DNA from: a virus
IMG/VR virus record: IMGVR_UViG_3300032087_003621
Location: 32,001-96,000 of that record
DNA: 64,000 bases
Strand: one strand, 5' to 3'
The notes under the pieces were generated by a model that worked only from the letters and a program-made list of their open reading frames with translations, did no database searches and was not told the DNA's origin. Below are positions 1-7,284 of the stretch, piece by piece. Within the stretch, counting starts at the first letter, position 1, and every line of letters starts with the position of its first letter. The translations under genes were made by a program, and so were the position numbers.

Positions 1-5
1 ATGCT

Positions 6-482
6 ATGCAAAAACTTATGCGGGAAGAATGTAACACCTATAAAGAGTTAGGAACTCATCAAGGTGCCAGTGCTGCAGCCGCGTGTTTAACAAATCCAAA
101 ATCCGCTGAACTGATAGACATTAATCACGAGAAGATTCGTCCCTTCGAACACATATTCGTAGAATATTGCAAAGAAAATAATATTAAATTGAACATTCGT
201 GAAATGTCTTCTATCGACCCTAAGTCGGTAAGTCCAGTAGATTTATTGTTAATTGATAGTAATCATCAACCCACGCATTTGATTAAAGAACTTCAATTAC
301 ATAAAGATTATGTGAGAAAATATATTGTTTTGCACGATACTTCGAGGTTATTCGGAAAACAAGACGATAGGTTGTGGCAAGTTGCTCAGGGCTTTTGTTC
401 TGGTATTACTCCTTGGGTAATACATTATAGAGAAACAATTAATGTTGGTTATACAGTTTTGAGAAATACGATTAATACATAA
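6..482 (+). CDS. Class I SAM-dependent methyltransferase (Methyltransf_24-like), probably 5'-truncated by the window edge
   Basis: ELGTHQGAS (motif I-like), DLLLIDSNH and YIVLHDT motifs; frame is open to the window start. Confidence 0.65.
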   Translation: MQKLMREECNTYKELGTHQGASAAAACLTNPKSAELIDINHEKIRPFEHIFVEYCKENNIKLNIREMSSIDPKSVSPVDLLLIDSNHQPTHLIKELQLHKDYVRKYIVLHDTSRLFGKQDDRLWQVAQGFCSGITPWVIHYRETINVGYTVLRNTINT

Positions 483-1129
483 TGAAATCATTTGTTATAA
501 CAATCAAATCAAACCCCAAGTCTGTAGAGGCCGCGTCTCGTTGTGTAAAGTCGATGCCTGAACACAATGTACAAATGTTCGATGCGATTACACCAAAAGA
601 CAATCCTGAAAAATTGTTTGAGGAAAAGGGCATCAACCCCGAAGGTTTTATTGAAAAGTATTCTTATCTTGAATCGTGTATGTCTGCCTTTCTTTCTCAC
701 CATACGCTATGGGAGAAGTGTGTACAGGATAATCAAGAATACCAAATCTTTGAACACGATGCTGTGGCGGTAAATAATGTCCCTTTGTTCATTAACTATG
801 ACAAAGTAATCTCTTTGGGTCAACCTAGTTATGGAAAGTATAATACCCCAATGCACATTGGTGCTGGACCACTAGTGTCGAAGAGATATTTTCCAGGCGC
901 CCATGCATACAGACTAAAACCTGCCGGTGCGAAGATTCTTATTGAGTCTGCAAAAACCAAAGGTGGCCCAACAGACGTTTACCTTAACTTGGTTCACTTT
1001 CCTTGGTTAGAGGAGTTCTATCCTTGGCCTGTTGTTGCAAAAGATTATTTCACAACCATTCAAAAAACCGAAGGGTGCTTAGCGAAACATAATTGGAAAG
1101 GTGGTCAGAATTATGAAATCGTTCGATAA
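482..1129 (+). CDS. Glycosyltransferase family 25-like
   Basis: FVITI..., FDAI, SAFLSHHTLWEKC, IFEHDA, GAHAYRLKPAGAKIL and PTDVYL match GT25 (Lex2/LgtB-type) motifs. Confidence 0.8.
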   Translation: MKSFVITIKSNPKSVEAASRCVKSMPEHNVQMFDAITPKDNPEKLFEEKGINPEGFIEKYSYLESCMSAFLSHHTLWEKCVQDNQEYQIFEHDAVAVNNVPLFINYDKVISLGQPSYGKYNTPMHIGAGPLVSKRYFPGAHAYRLKPAGAKILIESAKTKGGPTDVYLNLVHFPWLEEFYPWPVVAKDYFTTIQKTEGCLAKHNWKGGQNYEIVR

Positions 1130-1772
1130 GTGTTTCGTCACTGGATGTGACCAAAACACCGAATGGATGTTGCCATGGTTCATGAAGAACTACCTGAAAC
1201 ACAATAAAACTCCCATAGTGTTCGCTGACTTTGGAGTCAGTGATGCGACTCGTGCCTGGGCATATCAGATTGGTGGTTTCGCTGAAATGTTCCAAGTTGA
1301 TAAACAGAGAACGGGTGGGTGGTTCTATAAACCACAAGCGTTAAGAAAAACTAACGGAAAATATGTTTGCTGGTTAGATACAGATATTCATATCCTTGGT
1401 GATATGTCTGGCGTCTTCGATCATTTCGAACCTAACAAATTAGCTATGGTGGAAGATGTTGGGTGGAGTAAACGAAGAGGAGAAACATGGCACAACTCTG
1501 GTGTTGTAGGAATAATTGATAAACCAAACATCTTGACACAGTGGGAACAACAGTGTAAAATAAACCCTTCAGTCGGAGATCAGGAAGTTCTTCACGAAAT
1601 GGTTAGAGTTAGTCCTTTAGCGAGAATGTCAAACATTACTTCTTTACCTAATATATACAACTGGATGCGTCTTCAAATATTGGATGGACAAGACAATCCA
1701 AATAAACTGGCTATGCATTGGACGGGTTTTAGGGGTAAAGAACAGATTAGGAAGATAATGTATAATGAATAA
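1113..1772 (+). CDS. GT-A fold glycosyltransferase (GT8-like)
   Basis: WFYKP, WLDTD (DxD), HNSGVV, GDQEVL, YNW, MHWTG; start placed at ATG 1113. Confidence 0.75.
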   Translation: MKSFDKCFVTGCDQNTEWMLPWFMKNYLKHNKTPIVFADFGVSDATRAWAYQIGGFAEMFQVDKQRTGGWFYKPQALRKTNGKYVCWLDTDIHILGDMSGVFDHFEPNKLAMVEDVGWSKRRGETWHNSGVVGIIDKPNILTQWEQQCKINPSVGDQEVLHEMVRVSPLARMSNITSLPNIYNWMRLQILDGQDNPNKLAMHWTGFRGKEQIRKIMYNE

Positions 1773-2559
1773 GAATGACGTTGTTCACATTATTGGTAAC
1801 GGAGACAAAAGTGTTTTCTGGAATGAAATGAATGAACCAGAAGGTGTTCGTTTAGTCTGTAATATGCCACCGTTTCACGTCGAAGACGTATATGCAACCG
1901 TGATGGTTGATTTTAAAATGATGATGGCGTTGACCGAAGGTCACGTGAATCTGGATATGTACCGTTGGGTTTTAGGTAATCGTCCTAAAATATGGATGAA
2001 TGACCCTAGACAATCTTCCTTTTATTTGAAGTATGCACAAAACATTAGAGAATTTTATTTACATGTTCCTGAATATTGTGGACCAGTAGGTGAACCACAA
2101 TCCGCTACAAACTTTAACTGTGGTCACATGGCGACTCACTTCGCTGCGACTAAGTTCAAACCCAAAGAAATTCATATGTATGGTTTTGATACCATCATGG
2201 ATTTTAATATGAGATCTATTACCGATGTATATTTGAATAGTGACCGTTCAAATACAAATAATTATAGGCTGTTGAATAACTGGCGCCCAATATGGTATCA
2301 TTTATTTAAGGAGTTTGAAGGTCAGACTCGATTTATTCTTCATCACGATCATGATGAGATGAAAATTCCTCAAGGAAAAAATGTCGAAGTTGTGACACAC
2401 AAAACACGCAAACAAGAAAAACTTGATAAAAAAGAAGCCGTTAAGGCAATGGAATCACGAGAGATTCTAACTGAAGAACAACTATCAAAACTCAACCGTA
2501 AACAAAGAAGGGTGTACGAAGCTAAGTTGCGTAAAGGTAAACTCAAGGCACGAAAATAA
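1765..2559 (+). CDS. Putative glycosyltransferase-related protein (GT29/GT42/DUF115-like Rossmann fold)
   Basis: HIIGNG...CN and G.MA......KEIHMYGFD pattern; sits in the GT cluster; basic C-terminal tail. Confidence 0.45.
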   Translation: MNKNDVVHIIGNGDKSVFWNEMNEPEGVRLVCNMPPFHVEDVYATVMVDFKMMMALTEGHVNLDMYRWVLGNRPKIWMNDPRQSSFYLKYAQNIREFYLHVPEYCGPVGEPQSATNFNCGHMATHFAATKFKPKEIHMYGFDTIMDFNMRSITDVYLNSDRSNTNNYRLLNNWRPIWYHLFKEFEGQTRFILHHDHDEMKIPQGKNVEVVTHKTRKQEKLDKKEAVKAMESREILTEEQLSKLNRKQRRVYEAKLRKGKLKARK

Positions 2560-2562
2560 ATT

Positions 2563-3228
2563 ATGTTCGAACATGTGAAAATTGATTTGGGGTATGATGA
2601 CCTCCAATCTGTTACAGAAGAATCTGGCCGTAGATACGCTACACCGACTGGAACAAAATATCCATCTATCACTACGGTACTCAGTATTCTGTCTAAGGAT
2701 TCAATTGCGAAATGGCGAAAAAGAATAGGCGAAGACAAAGCCGACCAAATTACTTTTCGTGCTTCTCAAAGAGGTACAAGTGTTCACGAATTAATCGAAA
2801 AATACATAAATAACGATTCGAAATATTTGTCTGGTTACATGCCAAACATTGTTGCTAACTTCTTATCTGTTAAGGATATCTTAGATGAACGAATCGGAAA
2901 AGTATACGGCCAGGAACTTCCTCTTTATAGCGACCATCTACGTCTTGCTGGGCGTGTCGATTGTGTTGCTGAATTTGACGGAAAGATATCGATCATTGAC
3001 TTCAAAACTTCCCGAAAACTCAAGCGTCGAGAGTACATCGAAAACTACTTCTGCCAAGAAGCTGGGTACGCTGTCATGTGGGAAGAACGAACTGGAATGC
3101 CAATTGAACAACTCGTTACTATAATCGCTGTAGATGATGAAGACCCCCAAATCTTTATCGAAACGAGAGATAAGTGGATTGGTAAACTTATCGAAACTGT
3201 AGAACTCTACGAGAACACCCCCAACTGA
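2563..3228 (+). CDS. PD-(D/E)XK exonuclease (Cas4/lambda-exonuclease-like, common in T4-like phages)
   Basis: YPSITTVLS, RGTSVH, AGRVDC, IIDFKTS, Q..GY. Confidence 0.85.
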   Translation: MFEHVKIDLGYDDLQSVTEESGRRYATPTGTKYPSITTVLSILSKDSIAKWRKRIGEDKADQITFRASQRGTSVHELIEKYINNDSKYLSGYMPNIVANFLSVKDILDERIGKVYGQELPLYSDHLRLAGRVDCVAEFDGKISIIDFKTSRKLKRREYIENYFCQEAGYAVMWEERTGMPIEQLVTIIAVDDEDPQIFIETRDKWIGKLIETVELYENTPN

Positions 3229-3237
3229 TGAAAATCT

Positions 3238-3304
3238 GGAATATAATGTATTCCTAAATTTCATGCTTTTTTCTGTTGACAAACTTGTCGTTACGTGAGA
3301 TCAT
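3238..3304 (+). promoter_or_regulatory. Early sigma70 promoter with upstream palindromic element
   Basis: TTGACA 3276-3281, 17 nt, TGn-GATCAT 3299-3304; GGAATA-N5-TATTCC at 3238-3254. Confidence 0.7.
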
Positions 3305-3328
3305 TACCACGTAATTAAGGAGATTGAT

Positions 3329-3520
3329 ATGGAATTAGTCGGTAAACGAGTTGACGCATTCTTCGGTGCTCTAGAACCTACCGTTGGTGGTAAGATATGG
3401 GCTGTTCAATGGGGTCATGCTTACATCGAGACCGACATCGGTGAGAAGTATAAAATCGCTATCGAGGACTTAAAAACTGGTCCGTTCGGTAAGGTTGGTA
3501 TCTACTTGGAGGAGTTGTAA
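3329..3520 (+). CDS. Hypothetical early protein
   Basis: 63 aa ORF with AAGGAG RBS downstream of the promoter. Confidence 0.7.
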   Translation: MELVGKRVDAFFGALEPTVGGKIWAVQWGHAYIETDIGEKYKIAIEDLKTGPFGKVGIYLEEL

Positions 3521-3621
3521 TGGACGAAACTGTTAAAGAAATCGTTGCTGGTGTTGTGGGTCTTTTGGGTATTTTCGCTTTTATGGTAGCACTCGCTATA
3601 TTACCTTGGGGAGTGATTTAA
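3520..3621 (+). CDS. Small membrane protein (33 aa)
   Basis: MDETVKEIVAGVVGLLGIFAFMVALAILPWGVI; GGAGGAG RBS, TAATG coupling; below the ORF-track cutoff. Confidence 0.65.
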   Translation: MDETVKEIVAGVVGLLGIFAFMVALAILPWGVI

Positions 3622-3623
3622 CT

Positions 3624-3845
3624 GTGGCAGTAAAACTTAAGCAAGAAATCACTGTTTGGGACAAGTGTGAATATGAGGTTCCGAATCATATCTATTTGAT
3701 AGAAAATCGTCAATTGGTCGGATATATTCCTGTGGGGACTACAAAGGCACAGTATTTCAAACAACCAAAAAAACAGTGGGCCACCACTCGTCGCAAGTTT
3801 CGAGACATCACGAGTAAAAAAGAACTCGCAATGTATGAATTTTAG
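3624..3845 (+). CDS. Hypothetical protein
   Basis: GTG start after GGGGAG; PNHIY...GYI...W.TTRRKF pattern. Confidence 0.7.
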   Translation: MAVKLKQEITVWDKCEYEVPNHIYLIENRQLVGYIPVGTTKAQYFKQPKKQWATTRRKFRDITSKKELAMYEF

Positions 3846-3911
3846 GAATATAACGTATTCCCAAATTTCATGGTTCAAACCCTTGACTTTTACAGCGAAA
3901 TGACCGATAAT
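3845..3911 (+). promoter_or_regulatory. Early sigma70 promoter with the same upstream palindromic element
   Basis: TTGACT 3883-3888, 17 nt, GATAAT 3906-3911; GGAATA-N5-TATTCC at 3845-3861. Confidence 0.75.
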
Positions 3912-3932
3912 ACCTGTATTGAATGAGAGAAC

Positions 3933-4041
3933 GGAGAGATTAGAAACCAACTGAATCGAGATAGAAAACAACTGAATGCTACTGGAGTCTACGGACTAGA
4001 ATTTAACTGAAAGCAACTGGAACTCGAACTGGAATCTCTCC
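3933..4041 (+). repeat. Non-coding leader with ACTG(A/G)A repeats enclosed by a 9-bp inverted repeat (candidate ncRNA)
   Basis: GGAGAGATT 3933-3941 / AATCTCTCC 4033-4041; ACTGRA at 3950, 3971, 3981, 4006, 4016, 4028. Confidence 0.55.
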
Positions 4042-4064
4042 CCCCACTTTAAAAAGGAAATGAA

Positions 4065-4352
4065 ATGTTAAAGTTTGAAAATACTGCTGAAATTGGTGAC
4101 ATGATTCGTGCTTATGACTTCGAACCCATTCCGGGCCGTCCTGAGTTCTATGTCACGGGTCGTGTTGTGGCAAAAGGTCCTATCTATCATGAAGCTGGTC
4201 GATACATCTGCGATGGTTACACCATCATCTGCCACTATGACTGTGATGATGACCGTCGCCATGGGGAAACGATTTATGTGCCCTTTGAAATGAGTCTCAC
4301 AGACTTTGACAACCGTATTGAAAATATCACTAAAATGGTGGAGGTAGCGTAA
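4065..4352 (+). CDS. Hypothetical protein
   Basis: AAGGA RBS; 95 aa; GD.IRAYDF motif. Confidence 0.75.
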   Translation: MLKFENTAEIGDMIRAYDFEPIPGRPEFYVTGRVVAKGPIYHEAGRYICDGYTIICHYDCDDDRRHGETIYVPFEMSLTDFDNRIENITKMVEVA

Positions 4353-4606
4353 TGGTAGCAGCAAACTTGAAGATGCAGAAAATCCCTGTAGCAGTAACTC
4401 GGGTGGATGTGATTCGTGAGATGAAGCGTATGCTTGACAAGAAGATTGCCAAAACTATGACGCAGTTGCACAAGTATGAACAAGATGGCAATGAAGAGAT
4501 GGCGAACTGTATGGATTGGTACGCCGAGGGCATGGAGTATGCTGTCGCCTGCATCTTGTCGCTTGACGAAGAGTACAAGAAAGTGTATACTGTAAAGGTG
4601 TCGTAA
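4352..4606 (+). CDS. Hypothetical protein
   Basis: GGAGG RBS, TAATG coupling. Confidence 0.7.
   Translation: MVAANLKMQKIPVAVTRVDVIREMKRMLDKKIAKTMTQLHKYEQDGNEEMANCMDWYAEGMEYAVACILSLDEEYKKVYTVKVS
4563..4591 (+). promoter_or_regulatory. sigma70 promoter for the ncRNA/tRNA cluster
   Basis: TTGACG-N17-TATACT inside the 3' end of ORF 4352-4606. Confidence 0.65.
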
Positions 4607-4617
4607 AAATATCTCCT

Positions 4618-4773
4618 TGGGGGTGGTTCCCCGTTGCGGGGAGGGTAATGCCTCCCCCATATATAATATTTCTTGGTAAGATAGTCTTTCTTGTTCTCCT
4701 CTCAACTTAGGACTATCGGATACAGTGCGGGGCGGAGTATGTCTCACTAAAGAGGTGGAGGGGCAACTGTATC
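4618..4773 (+). ncRNA. Candidate structured RNA(s) upstream of the tRNAs
   Basis: GC-rich intergenic stems: CCCCG/CGGGG, GGGGAGG/CCTCCCC, GATAGTC/GACTATC, GATACAGT/ACTGTATC. Confidence 0.45.
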
Positions 4774-4815
4774 ACTTTAACTATTAAGGAAACGAAAATA
4801 AGAAAACACTTAAAA

Positions 4816-4891
4816 GCCGCTATAGCTCAGCAGGTAGAGCAACTGATTTGTAATCAGTAGGTCCCGAGTTCGATTCTTGGTGGCGGCACCA
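4816..4891 (+). tRNA. trnT: tRNA-Thr(TGT)
   Basis: Cloverleaf: GCCGCTA/TGGCGGC acceptor, TGT anticodon, TTCGA T-loop, encoded CCA. Confidence 0.95.
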
Positions 4892-4895
4892 TTAT

Positions 4896-4971
4896 TCCCT
4901 GTTAGCTCAGTTGGTAGAGCAAATGACTGTTAATCATTGGGTCCGTGGTTCGAGCCCACGACAGGGAGCCA
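4896..4971 (+). tRNA. trnN: tRNA-Asn(GTT)
   Basis: TCCCTGT/ACAGGGA acceptor, GTT anticodon, GGTTCGA, CCA. Confidence 0.95.
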
Positions 4972-4973
4972 AT

Positions 4974-5077
4974 TCCGGAGAGTATCCCAACAACTCTGAT
5001 AGTGGGTGAGGAAAGGCTGGCAGGCCCGGACCAACACACAACAATGGAGACAACGACGGTTGCTCTCAGGTCTGCCA
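4974..5077 (+). ncRNA. Candidate small structured RNA immediately after tRNA-Asn
   Basis: TCCGG/CCGGA+CCA, AGAGT/ACTCT hairpin, TGGCAGGCC/GGTCTGCCA stem. Confidence 0.4.
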
Positions 5078-5086
5078 TTTAATATT

Positions 5087-5191
5087 ATGTTAGAACAATA
5101 CGCACATGAAATCGTTGTTTTGTTTTTGTTCGGATTGGGCATACTGTTGTTTTATCTTGGACTGAAAGATGTTAATGCCAAAAAAGATTAA
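5087..5191 (+). CDS. Small membrane protein (34 aa)
   Basis: MLEQYAHEIVVLFLFGLGILLFYLGLKDVNAKKD; one hydrophobic helix; weak RBS. Confidence 0.5.
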   Translation: MLEQYAHEIVVLFLFGLGILLFYLGLKDVNAKKD

Positions 5192-5384
5192 TGGACAATG
5201 GTTTCAGGGAGATACTCTGGTTGGTGAACCACAAATTGTTAGTAATGAGGAAAAAGAACAATATGTCCAATCTCAACTTGGAAGGGTGGGTGAGTGGTTA
5301 AAACCATCAGACTGTAAATCTGACGCCGATGGCTACGCTGGTTCGAATCCAGCCCCTTCCACCAATGACTTGCCGAGGATGTAA
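5169..5384 (+). CDS. Hypothetical ORF reading through tRNA-Tyr
   Basis: 71 aa ORF; its 3' part coincides with the tRNA. Confidence 0.4.
   Translation: MLMPKKINGQWFQGDTLVGEPQIVSNEEKEQYVQSQLGRVGEWLKPSDCKSDADGYAGSNPAPSTNDLPRM
5280..5364 (+). tRNA. trnY: tRNA-Tyr(GTA)
   Basis: GGAAGGG/CCCTTCC acceptor, GTA anticodon, long variable arm, GGTTCGAATCC, CCA. Confidence 0.95.
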
Positions 5385-5387
5385 AAA

Positions 5388-5630
5388 ATGTTTAATAGAA
5401 TCCATAAAATTGAAGAGTATTTCGAAGGACAAATCTATGACTCCGCTGTACAAATGGTTGAAGAACTATTTGAGTGTGATGTTCCCGATTTGACGAAAGA
5501 ACAGATTGACATGTTGGGAGAATGGATTGAGAATAACGAGTACAGTGTAATGTGTTCGGGTTTCAATCAAGTGATTCATTGGTGGGAAGATGCCAACATG
5601 TTCGATGAAGAATACGATGATGAAACTTAA
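5388..5630 (+). CDS. Hypothetical acidic protein
   Basis: GAGGA RBS; 80 aa. Confidence 0.75.
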   Translation: MFNRIHKIEEYFEGQIYDSAVQMVEELFECDVPDLTKEQIDMLGEWIENNEYSVMCSGFNQVIHWWEDANMFDEEYDDET

Positions 5631-5712
5631 TTTGACTTTACTGGATTTATTTGGTATTCTATATCTAATCTTTTTGATGCTTCTATTAATGGGGAGTGAT
5701 AATAGTGATTGA
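5620..5712 (+). CDS. Small membrane protein (30 aa)
   Basis: MKLNLTLLDLFGILYLIFLMLLLMGSDNSD; overlaps neighbours in an operon-like manner. Confidence 0.5.
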   Translation: MKLNLTLLDLFGILYLIFLMLLLMGSDNSD

Positions 5713-5851
5713 TGAAATTCTAAATCTGTTTGGTCTGTTTTTGTTTCTATTGGTTGGAATTTGTGGTTGCGTATACGCATTGAACCCTAGCGACAAATAT
5801 GAACTTTATAAGAAAAGTGATGAACATTACAATGATGAGGATTGTACATGA
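5705..5851 (+). CDS. Small membrane protein (48 aa)
   Basis: GTG start after GGGGAG; MIDEILNLFGLFLFLLVGICGCVYALNP...; ATGA overlap with the next gene. Confidence 0.55.
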   Translation: MIDEILNLFGLFLFLLVGICGCVYALNPSDKYELYKKSDEHYNDEDCT

Positions 5852-6042
5852 TAACCCGAAGTGATTTGAACGAACATGCATTTGAGCAATTGATACGTAA
5901 TGAATTAATTGAGCAACTTGCAGATGTAGAAGATACTATGAACGATGATAGTATTCGTGATACTAAATTGGTTGAAGCGTTTAAACGTGTAATTGCATAC
6001 AACAGTGTGCCTGGAACTTATGAGGACGGAAAGTATGACTAG
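5848..6042 (+). CDS. Hypothetical protein
   Basis: GAGGA RBS, ATG 5848. Confidence 0.7.
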   Translation: MITRSDLNEHAFEQLIRNELIEQLADVEDTMNDDSIRDTKLVEAFKRVIAYNSVPGTYEDGKYD

Positions 6043-6718
6043 TGAAGTGAGTCTTGTTGGTATGACGCAACCCAGTGCAACTACTGGTTGTCATACAGCA
6101 AATGAATTGATTGCCTATGCGGCTCGTGTAAGCAATCCTAGTAATCAAAACAATGAGAAAACTGCACCCAAGTTGTTGCGGTATCTTATCAAAGAAGGTC
6201 ACTGGTCGCCGTTTGAAATGGTGAGTGTCACGATGGAAATCAAAACGACTCGGGACATCTCGCGCCAAATTCTTCGTCACCGTTCGTTTTCGTTTCAAGA
6301 GTTTTCTCAACGTTATGCGGTCAGTGAAGGGTTTAACACTAATCGAGAGGCACGTAAACAACATCCTACAAATCGTCAGCTGTCAATGATAGACGAGGAC
6401 ATCGAGAAACAACGCAAGGCTCAAGAAGTGTTCAGTGAAATGCAGGCAGAGGTTTGTAAAGTCGCCAAAGATTACTATGAAATGGCACTGAACACTGGTA
6501 TCGCAAAAGAACAGGCACGTGCTCTACTACCCGAAGGTTTGACAGAGACAACTGTCTATATGGCAGGAACATTACGTTCATGGATTCACTACTGTGAATT
6601 GCGTAGAGGTCATGGAACGCAAGCCGAACACATTGAAGTTGCGGATAAGTGTTGGGATGTTCTTGGAACACATTTTCCTGATGTCATTAAAGCTGTGGAG
6701 ATGTTACATGAAGATTAA
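6035..6718 (+). CDS. thyX: FAD-dependent thymidylate synthase
   Basis: ARVSNP, HWSPFE, RHRSFSFQEFSQRY signature, EQARALLP, GTLRSW. Confidence 0.97.
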   Translation: MTSEVSLVGMTQPSATTGCHTANELIAYAARVSNPSNQNNEKTAPKLLRYLIKEGHWSPFEMVSVTMEIKTTRDISRQILRHRSFSFQEFSQRYAVSEGFNTNREARKQHPTNRQLSMIDEDIEKQRKAQEVFSEMQAEVCKVAKDYYEMALNTGIAKEQARALLPEGLTETTVYMAGTLRSWIHYCELRRGHGTQAEHIEVADKCWDVLGTHFPDVIKAVEMLHED

Positions 6719-6884
6719 AATAACCAAAGGTCATGCTAAAGGTAGGAAAGGTACCGTAGCAGAAAAAACTGACGATGGTGTATTGGTGTTGATGGACCGT
6801 AAGCGAGACAAAAACTACAAACATCACAAAACTGAATACTATGTGTTTATTGAGGAAGGTTCCTATGAAGTTCGAAATCGGTAA
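6708..6884 (+). CDS. Small basic KOW/SH3-like protein
   Basis: MKIKITKGHAKGRKGTV resembles a KOW motif; GGAG RBS. Confidence 0.55.
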   Translation: MKIKITKGHAKGRKGTVAEKTDDGVLVLMDRKRDKNYKHHKTEYYVFIEEGSYEVRNR

Positions 6885-7284
6885 AGAATACGTTATCGGC
6901 AACAAGTATAAAAAATCTGTCGAAGAATTTTCTTTTCTTAACAGAGAAAAGGACAGAATGGTTATCGAAATCTTGTGGCGAAGTGGTGAGTGGTTGGTCA
7001 CTCCGCAAGATGAAGATGAGTGTGAAATACTTCAAGACGCTTATGACAATGAATCAGACATGGAGGTTTGTTTTCAAGAGATGGAGTTCTTGTATACCGA
7101 TGACGGTATCTACGAAGAGTTCAAATTCTATGGTGACGTTGAATTTAACGAAGATGAGCAAGAGCGCCTTAAAGAAGGATATTACGACGAAGGGTATTGT
7201 TTCCTCGAAGAAGAAGGTTTTATCGAACTAGACCCCGAGGTGTATATCATTGGAGGTATTCGAGCTGAGGAGAAAACAGTATGA
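6865..7284 (+). CDS. Hypothetical acidic protein
   Basis: GAGGAAGG RBS, ATG 6865. Confidence 0.75.
   Translation: MKFEIGKEYVIGNKYKKSVEEFSFLNREKDRMVIEILWRSGEWLVTPQDEDECEILQDAYDNESDMEVCFQEMEFLYTDDGIYEEFKFYGDVEFNEDEQERLKEGYYDEGYCFLEEEGFIELDPEVYIIGGIRAEEKTV

Noticed and set aside
2563-3228. Cas4-like nuclease as evidence for CRISPR
   Set aside because: No Fe-S cysteine set, no other cas genes and no repeat-spacer array; it is a common T4-like exonuclease
3933-4041. CRISPR mini-array
   Set aside because: Repeats are only 6-21 nt with irregular short spacing
4434-4461. TTGACA inside ORF 4352-4606 as a promoter
   Set aside because: No adequate -10 at 17-nt spacing
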